Below, piece by piece: positions 1 to 5,967 of a DNA stretch of 5,967 nucleotides (positions are counted from its first letter, which is position 1; the number at the start of each line of letters is the position of its first letter). The DNA is from Geosiphon pyriformis uo1 (lineage: Eukaryota > Fungi > Glomeromycota): the NCBI GenBank assembly GCA_016748015.1, contig JAAOMT010000445.1, positions 564,231-570,197 on the forward strand. Reading direction: 5' to 3'. The notes beneath the pieces are model-generated. The model did no database searches. It saw only the letters and a list, made by a program, of their open reading frames with translations, and was not told the origin of the DNA. Made by a program: the position numbers and the translations under genes.

Positions 1-29
<29 letters not shown>
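1..29. repeat. poly(A) run (29 nt, cut by window edge)
   Basis: Directly visible; abuts the NADxLSR-like RNase H end, so probably an A/G-rich coding stretch converted to A and expanded. Confidence 0.9.
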
Positions 30-31
<2 letters not shown>

Positions 32-1460
32 CTAATAGTTTATTATAAATAAAACAAATCAAAAAATATTTCAATCCAAAAATATACCATAAAATAAACA
101 CACAAAAATATTAACAATTTCAACATTATATTAATATTCAACAATTCAAGAAGAAATTATCTTAAAAGAAACAAAACAACATAAAACAATAAACAAAATA
201 TTTTATTACTTATCAAGATATATTATATTAGAAAAATAGAAAATATCTGAATTAGTTATTCAAAATAATTACAGAATTAGAAAAAAAAACAATATTATTC
301 AACATGCACTCAAATCTAACAGCAAAATATTTTTATAAAAAAGCAATCATAGAAAAGACTAAAAAAAAGATACTATTAGCTATCTATATATCCAAATATT
401 ATCCAATATGTTTAAAATTGTGATGCTTATTAAAAAAAAAAACAAGACCCAATAAACTGTTAAGACTAATCAAAATGAGACAATTATTTAATTAAATTGG
501 AATTAACTTAGTTAGATTATTAATAATAATCAGCAAAGGCAATAGATATATAGCAATAGTCATAGATTATTTTACAAAATAATCAAAAGCAAAAGCATTT
601 CAAAAAACAGATGCAAAATTTGTAGCCGAATTCATATATCAAGATTTAATTTGTTAATATAGATGTTCAAAAAAATTATTATTAGACCAAGAAACTCATT
701 TTGTAAACAGAATATTAACAGAACTAAGTTGAAAATTTGAAATCAAAAGACTATTATTGTTACTATATTATTCATAAATAAATATCTTAATTAAAAAGTT
801 TAATAGAACATTATGTAAAACAATAGCCAAAATCAGCAAAAAAAACCAGAATAAATAAGATTTGTTTATACTATTAATATTATTTGCTTATTAGAAAATA
901 AAGCAAGATACTACATAAGCAATACCATTTGAATTTGATTATAATAAAACAGCAATATTATTAATTAAGATAGATATCAACATATATCCAACCAAACTAA
1001 TAACAAAAGCCAACTTCTAAAAAACATTGTTGAAAAAAACATATAACTTAATAGAAACATTAAAAAACAAAAAACAAAAAACAATTAATAATATACAAAA
1101 ATTACAAGCAAAACAAAAAAATAATATGATAACCAATTATTAGATAAACCAATTGAATTCAAAATTGGAGACAAAGTACTCTTATATTATTCCAAAATAA
1201 AAAAACAATAGAATAGAAAATTTGATCTCAAATAAGATGAATCATTTTATATTGAAAAAATTCTAGAAAATAGAGCTTATAAATTAAGATAAAACAACAA
1301 AATCTTAATTAAAACAGCATATAAAGATTAATTAAAGCTATATTACAATATAGTATCATTATTCATTAGTAATATTTTATAACTAAAAATACAATAAATA
1401 TTAGTCTAACTAGATAAAATTTCATGAAATCTAAAACCAATTATAATCATTAACACAAAC
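28..1460 (+). pseudogene. pol: Ty3/gypsy pol remnant: RNase H C-terminus, HHCC zinc-binding domain, rve integrase core, GPF/Y domain
   Basis: Hand translation. 28-48 NANSLL* (reverts to NADGLSR). 301-333 NMHSNLTAKYF (H..GHF). 368-433 RYY*LSIYPNIIQYV*NCDAY* (RYYWP..CDACQ). Frame +1 from 496: IGINLVRLL..GNRYIAIVIDYFTK*SKAKA..VAEFIYQDLIC*YRCSKKLLLDQETHFVN..NILIKKFNRTLC..*DLFILLILFAY*..AIPFE. Catalytic positions 505 (AAC from GAC), 685 (GAC) and 793 (AAA from GAA), with exactly 35 codons between the last two. Frame +3 from 1155: EFKIGDKVLL..KFDLK*DESFYIEKILENRAYKL (reverts to KFDPKWDGPFYI..GNGAYKL). Frameshifts in A-runs at 361-368, 432-442 and 1115-1121. Confidence 0.95.
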
Positions 1461-2164
1461 ATGTCAAATTAATCCACAAAAATAGTATATAAAAAACATG
1501 ATATATATGACAAAAACAACAATAAAAAGATAAAAATTCCAAACCACATTTACACAATAGCTTAACAATTATTCTAAGCCATAAATTAATAATAATTAAA
1601 CATGAAAATTGTCATCAATTATCAAACAATTTGCTATTGAAACACTAAAATAAAAAAAAAATAAAAATTACTTCATATTAGCAACCATAAAACCAAACCA
1701 AACACTGATTAAATAAAGTTATAAAAAAAGTAAAAAACACTTTTGGAAAAATACCATTAATGATTTCAACAAAAAAGTTAACTAAAAAAAACTGAAAGCT
1801 ATGGATGAAACAACTTTTAATATTATACTGTTATTATTAGTTAGAACAAAAGTTAAATATCCAGAAATTATATATTAATAAATCCAAAAGAATATTCAAT
1901 TAAGAAATAGTATAACAAATTAAAGATTCTATTAGAAAGAAAACAAATTCTAAACTATATATTAAAACAATTTACAAACTATACAATATATTTCAAAATT
2001 ATCCAAAAATGCTACTATATCAAGAAATAGAAACAATAACTGTTAACCAATAAAAAAAAATGAACAACTCTTAATGTAAAAAAATAAGGAACAGAATTAA
2101 ACAAACAGTATTAGAAAAAAAAGTAATAGACTTAATCCAAAATAAAAATTCTAACAAAGCTTAA
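1461..2164 (+). pseudogene. Degenerate ORF of unknown function downstream of and in frame with integrase (C-terminal extension or accessory 3' ORF)
   Basis: ATG at 1461 is in the same frame (+3) as the GPF/Y region. After one shift in the A-run 1652-1661, frame +2 reads LNKVIKKVKNTFGKIPLMISTKKLTKKN*KLWMKQLLILYCYY*LEQKLNIQKLYINKSKRIFN*EIV*QIKDSIRKK..FQNYPKMLLYQEIETITVNQ*KKMNNS*CKKIRNRIKQTVLEKKVIDLIQNKNSNKA*. It has few stops for such AT-rich DNA, all revertible to Q/R/W. TAA 2162-2164 lies just before the PPT. Confidence 0.62.
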
Positions 2165-2168
2165 TATT

Positions 2169-2178
2169 AAAAAAAAGA
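2169..2178 (+). promoter_or_regulatory. Putative polypurine tract (G>A eroded)
   Basis: AAAAAAAAGA between the ORF stop (2164) and TATTAC (2182), 3 nt before the inferred LTR start. Confidence 0.45.
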
Positions 2179-2283
2179 TAATATTACTCATAAAAAAAGT
2201 ACAAGAAAAAAAAGGAAGATAAACAAATAAAAAAATAGACCAATAAGAGAATAATACTTAACAAGTGAACACAATATCAGAAA

Positions 2284-2403
2284 ATTATAATATATTGCTT
2301 AGCAATGTGCATATTATTAGTAAATTATAGCATACTGCTTAGCAATAAGCATATTGTTAAAACATTATAGCATATTGTTTAATAATAAACATATTGTTAA
2401 AGA
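2284..2403. repeat. Three tandem 40-bp repeats in the LTR U3-like region
   Basis: 2284 attataatatattgcttagcaatgtgcatattattagtaa; 2324 attatagcatactgcttagcaataagcatattgttaaaac; 2364 attatagcatattgtttaataataaacatattgttaaaga. Exact period 40, no indels. Confidence 0.92.
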
Positions 2404-2455
2404 AAATAAGGCACATTGATCAAGAAAATATAAAATCTTATATAACAAGAATTAT

Positions 2456-2465
2456 GTATATATAG
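2456..2465 (+). promoter_or_regulatory. Candidate LTR TATA box
   Basis: GTATATATAG mid-LTR, downstream of the repeats; weak evidence in AT-rich DNA. Confidence 0.35.
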
Positions 2466-2732
2466 TGAGAGTATTAAAAGCAAAAAAAACATAATTAATA
2501 CTAATACTTAGTTAAAACTTATTAATTAACCAATACTTTTCTTTTCAAAAGATAGTTTTTTACAACTTGAAGTGAAATTAAATTATATATCAATAAAATA
2601 TTAATTATCATCTAAATCTATGTTATTATTATTTGATTAAGAAATATTAATTATTTTTATTCTATTAACACTCTATGTTAATAAAATTTAATACTTAATT
2701 ATATTAGATTAATAAATTTTAATTATAACAAT

Positions 2733-2746
2733 TAATAGGATATTAA
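2733..2746 (+). promoter_or_regulatory. Candidate eroded primer-binding site
   Basis: CA(2729-2730)-AT-TAATAGGATATTAA; TAA is revertible to TGG. Primer tRNA not identified. Confidence 0.3.
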
Positions 2747-2802
2747 TTTTTTTTTATTTTTTTTATTTTTTTATTTTTTTTTGTTTTATTTTTTTGTTGT
2801 TT
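2747..2802. repeat. T-rich low-complexity tract (approximately T7-9A units), probable pyrimidine-rich gag leader
   Basis: Directly visible; lies between the inferred LTR end and gag. Confidence 0.8.
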
Positions 2803-2838
2803 ACTAATTGATTAAAAAAATTAAGCACTAAATATTTG

Positions 2839-4533
2839 ATATCAAAGATAACTTGATAAAAAACCCATAAATAAGAATAGAAATTTAATAATAACTTATT
2901 AGTATAGCATAACTGCTAAAATAAACTGGCTATTATACTGAAGAAAAAAATTCATAGAAGAAACCATTAATTAAATTTTTGTTTATTATACAAAAAACTT
3001 AACCAAAATTTTTAGACTTCAAAATTTTCAGAAATTACTATTATTAACTATTATTGAACACTAAATTACAGATTTGTTATTTGTTTTAACACTTCAAATA
3101 ATTATTTGTAACATTTGGTGCTTCTTGTGAGATATAATACAACAAAAAACTATCAACAACAACCATTTAAAAAAATGACAAAACCAGAAATAATAAGAAA
3201 AAATTATTTGGAATTTGCCAAATTTTTATTTTAATAATATTAACAACAGTTAAAATTAATTAGGAACTATTTTTCAGTTAAATTAGCTTTCAATTTTTAT
3301 GTCAATAAAAAAATTATATATTTTCTAGAAAAATAAACAGATTTTGAATTAGCAAGAAGAAATTTCTATACTAAATTACTTTAATATATTAACTTATTAT
3401 TGAATTACAATTTTGCTTTAATTATTACCAAAATTAATTATGAAATTAAAAGATATACTTGGCAAAAATTTTCAATGATATTTGTGAACAAAGACAAAAA
3501 CAAAATAAAAACATTAGCAAATATACCTAAACTAATACAACTACTTAATTAGAAAAAACCCAGAATTATTTTTTCATTATACTCATCTTATTACTATATA
3601 CTATTTAAATCTATATTACTATTAACTACAAAAACACTATTATTATAAGTGCTATTTTAAAATAATTAAAAAAAAACCAAATTATTAAAAACCTATAGCA
3701 ATTTTTTGAAGAATTTAAATTACAACTAACAATTTTATCAAAATTTTAATTACTATTATCTTAACCAAATTTCAAATCTACTAATAATTAAACAAACACC
3801 AATTTAAAAGAAAAAAAACAGTAATCAAGAAAATATTAATCAAAACCCAATTCCAAATAATCTAAAAATTTAAACTCTAATTGTTCAAACTCAATAAAAC
3901 TTAAACAATTTAAATCTTACTCTTATTTTTTAATAATATCTATTTTTAATTATTCCGATTAATTAATTGCCAGTAGTATTAATTGTCATTTTTTAACAAT
4001 TACAATAATAAAAACTTGCACAAATAATATGTACACTAATTATTAAACTTAAAAAATTTATCAGTAAAGAAAACAACACTTAAGTATAGCTAAACAATAT
4101 AAAAAATACCATTACAATTAATAAATAAGATAATATTAAAGTTTTTCAAGCCATTTTATACTTTTTATAAGATACTGTAGACTTGTAATATCAAAATTTT
4201 GTAAACAAATTCCAAGATTTTAACATGTCCAAAACTGTATTTTTACAATATTTTAGCAATCATAATAGCATTAATTAATTATTAACTGAATTTACTACTA
4301 TTAAACAAAGCAATACTAAAATAATTATCATGTATTTGAAATATTTTTATCGGAATCTGTGCCAAATTTAAGCAATTGAAGCTAATTACTTTACAGTACT
4401 ACAGATTTTAAATTAATTTATTAATGTATTATACAATAGTTTTTTGTAATAAGTACACTTATTGTATCTAAATACTTTCTAAAACACAATTATATATGTC
4501 AAAAATTTCGAATTAGTTGAACTTAAAGCCAAA
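2839..4533 (+). pseudogene. gag: Retrotransposon gag remnant, 3'-truncated (start uncertain: ~2839 or ATG 3175)
   Basis: Frame +1, 4021-4533: IKLKKFISKENNT*V*LNNIKNTITINK*DNIKVFQAILYFL*DTVDL*YQNF..FKT-like SKTVFLQYF..TTIKQSNTKIIIMYLKYFYRNL..ILN*FINVL..LYLNTF*NTIIYVKNFE. It reverts to KLEKFTGEEDDAQVWL..NGWD..FLQDTADSWY..IKQGDTE.V..Y..RF..QF..GL..P.TLQDA, the Retrotrans_gag/MHR-like capsid pattern. Frame +1 also reads as protein from 3175 (MTKPEIIRKNYLEFAKFLF..AFNFYVNKKI..NYNFALIITKINYEIKRYT), with a short out-of-frame stretch ~3705-3820. 2839-3174 is tentative. Confidence 0.85.
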
Positions 4534-4773
4534 CTATTAACTAATATTAAATTTTATAAAATCTTATTTAGTAATATTAATAGTAATTATGTTTAAATTT
4601 TAAGTATTTGTGCTATTAATATTGGTTTACTATAATATAATTTTAGCTAATTATTATGTACTGCTTTTTTTAATATTTTTTATCTAATTTTAATTTGTAT
4701 AATTTATATATTAAAAAACTTTTTTTTTTATGTTTTAAATTCTTAAAAAATTACATTATTTTTAAAAAAAAAA
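4534..4773 (+). mobile_element. Possible 3'-end fragment of a non-LTR element ending in A10
   Basis: Gag similarity stops at ~4533 and composition turns T-rich. V*ILSICAINIG..YNFS*LLCTAFFNIFYLILICI loosely recalls LINE ORF2 C-termini of this family type (memory only). A10 at 4764-4773. Confidence 0.25.
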
Positions 4774-4879
4774 TTTTTGTTTTCTTTTATTTTTTATTAT
4801 TTAGTTAGATATATTTAAATTTTTTTTGTTTAAATATATAGAGTTGTTAATATAAATAGCAGTTTAAGTATTGAAAATT

Positions 4880-5967
4880 TTATTTAAGAAAATAAGTTTT
4901 TAAGTTGAAAGTAATAATAAATTTATTAAAAAAATATTAATATGACTTCTTAAATACCCAAAAAAATTGTAATAAAATAAGTATTAAGAAAATTTTTGAA
5001 TATAATTAATTTTAATAATAATAATAAATTTTTTTTTTTTAATAAAACTACTAATAAACAATTTGATTTAAAAATATTTTGCTTTAAATATAAATTTGTT
5101 AACTGTTAGTAAGAAGTTTTTTAAGACAAATTAAAGATCATTAAAAATTTTTTTTTGATGTAAATAATTTTAAAAGAACTTTTACTTTTTCAAAATTTGG
5201 TAAAATAATTTAGGCATTTTTTATTTTTAAAAAAAAATGTTAATTATAGCAAATTTGACAAATAATTAAGATATTATAATAAACACCAATTACAAAAAGC
5301 TGATAAATAATCATACAAATTAAGCAATTATTATAAAAAAAATTTTTATAAAAATATCTATAAAAATTATATAAGTTTTATTTACTGATTTTAATATTAT
5401 TAAGTTAATCAAAATATAATTAATAAAATTATAATAAAAAATAATTATTAAATTAGATATTTAAAATTAAACTGATCTTTTAATATTTAAATAATTTATT
5501 TTTATATAAAAAAATACAGTTTGTATAGTCAAAGCCAATATTAATAAACAATTATAAAATTCTTAAGATAAGTTTTAAGCTTTGTTTTATATATTTCTTA
5601 TAAAAACAAATACTTATAATTTTTAAAATTTTATTGGTTTAATTGGTAAAAAATTTTTTGTAATTAATTATAATTTAATTAATTATATTTATATTAGATA
5701 TATAACTGTGTATTTTAATTTAAAAAAATTTAACTAAAATATTAGCTATGATTTTTATTATAAAAAGTGTTATTTTTTATTGGTTTTATTTATATTTAGT
5801 TTTCTGTTTAGTTTGTAATAAATTTGGTCATACTTCTTTTGAATGCAGTTTAATTAATAATAAACCAACATTAAAAATAAAAAAAACTTTCTTTTTACTT
5901 TAGATTAGTTTATATTAACTTAAATTTATGCAAAAAAATCTGTTTTTATTGTCTGTTTAGTAGTTTT
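4880..5967 (+). pseudogene. Non-LTR (LINE-like) retrotransposon ORF1 remnant: two RRM-like segments + CCHC zinc knuckle; runs off window end
   Basis: Intact CX2CX4HX4C at 5805-5846 (CLVCNKFGHTSFEC, frame +3). Frame +2 5324-5455 AIIIKKIFIKISIKII*VLFTDFNIIKLIKI*LIKL**KIIIKL reverts to AVVVKEIPVGTS.EAVR..F..FG.VKSIKMQLVGLWQKA.VEL (RRM-like). 5579-5716 ALFYIFLIKTNTYNF*NFIGLIGKK..IRYITVYF reverts to ALLYTLP.GTNAHDLWDFIGSVGGK..RCATVCF. Also 5072-5098 KYFALNINL, 5157-5228 DVNNFKRTFTFSKFGKII*AFFIF, and terminal IYAKKSVFIVCLVV. RRM+CCHC is an established non-LTR ORF1 layout. 5' boundary approximate. Confidence 0.75.

Larger units (their letters stand above)
2182..2730 (+). repeat. Putative LTR (~549 bp; alternative 3' end at 3113)
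   Basis: Starts TATTAC and ends ATAACA; each is one G>A away from the terminal inverted pair TGTTAC...GTAACA. Preceded by a purine tract, non-coding, contains tandem repeats and a TATA-like box, and is followed by AT+TAATAGG (revertible to TGGTAGG). No second copy in the window to confirm the boundaries. Confidence 0.55.
1..4533 (+). mobile_element. Degenerate Ty3/gypsy LTR retrotransposon sequence in pol - 3' ORF - LTR - gag order (tandem or adjacent copies)
   Basis: RNase H end followed by integrase (RH-IN order is Ty3/gypsy-type), then PPT/LTR-like non-coding DNA, then a retrotransposon gag-like frame, all on + strand and full of stops. Confidence 0.88.

Noticed and set aside
361-442. Programmed ribosomal frameshift sites in A-runs
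   Set aside because: They interrupt the integrase zinc-binding domain rather than the gag-pol boundary, and similar shifts occur throughout the window.
2203-2222. Alternative PPT (AAGAAAAAAAAGGAAGA) with LTR start at 2220
   Set aside because: The following TAAACA does not form an inverted pair with either candidate LTR end, whereas TATTAC at 2182 does. Not fully excluded.
2284-2403. CRISPR-like array
   Set aside because: Units are contiguous tandem copies with no unique spacers, there are no cas genes, and the context is a eukaryotic LTR element.
2592-2716. AATAAA polyadenylation signals (2592, 2711)
   Set aside because: The hexamer is expected frequently by chance at this AT content, so it is not informative.
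5805-5846. CCHC as the nucleocapsid of the upstream gag, or as evidence of ongoing selection
   Set aside because: It is ~1.3 kb beyond the gag break and follows RRM-like segments, as in non-LTR ORF1. The surrounding frame is full of stops, so survival of the four ligands is probably chance.
28-5967. Alternative genetic code (TAA/TAG=Gln or TGA=Trp) or an organellar/endosymbiont genome explaining the stops
   Set aside because: TAA replaces W, R and Q alike, all three stop codons occur in frame, catalytic D/E are lost and there are frameshifts: this is decay, not recoding.
4534-5967. Minus-strand gene suggested by the T-rich skew
   Set aside because: The CCHC and RRM-like motifs read on the + strand; the part of the reverse complement I read gave nothing recognisable.

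Overview
No intact gene. The window is an extremely AT-rich (GC roughly 15-20% by eye) eukaryotic, most likely fungal, cluster of dead retrotransposons, all on the + strand. The remnants become readable when many A are reverted to G and many T to C. Order: (1) 3' part of a Ty3/gypsy pol (end of RNase H, HHCC, D,D35E integrase core, GPF/Y), 28-1460; (2) an unexplained ~234-codon ORF in frame with the integrase, 1461-2164, ending in a SIM-like VIDL(T)+acidic motif; (3) PPT and a single LTR-like region (~2182-2730) with three 40-bp repeats; (4) a long gag in the same orientation (~2839/3175-4533), giving pol-LTR-gag order, as in a tandem element sharing one LTR; (5) an abrupt junction into a non-LTR (LINE-like) element whose ORF1 (two RRM-like segments + CCHC) runs off the window end. 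The dominant signal is saturating C>T/G>A hypermutation on both strands, not confined to CpA or CpG, with every frameshift I could place lying in an A or T homopolymer. From memory, the reverted proteins resemble Glomeromycotina (Geosiphon-like) repeat families; this is recall, not a search result.
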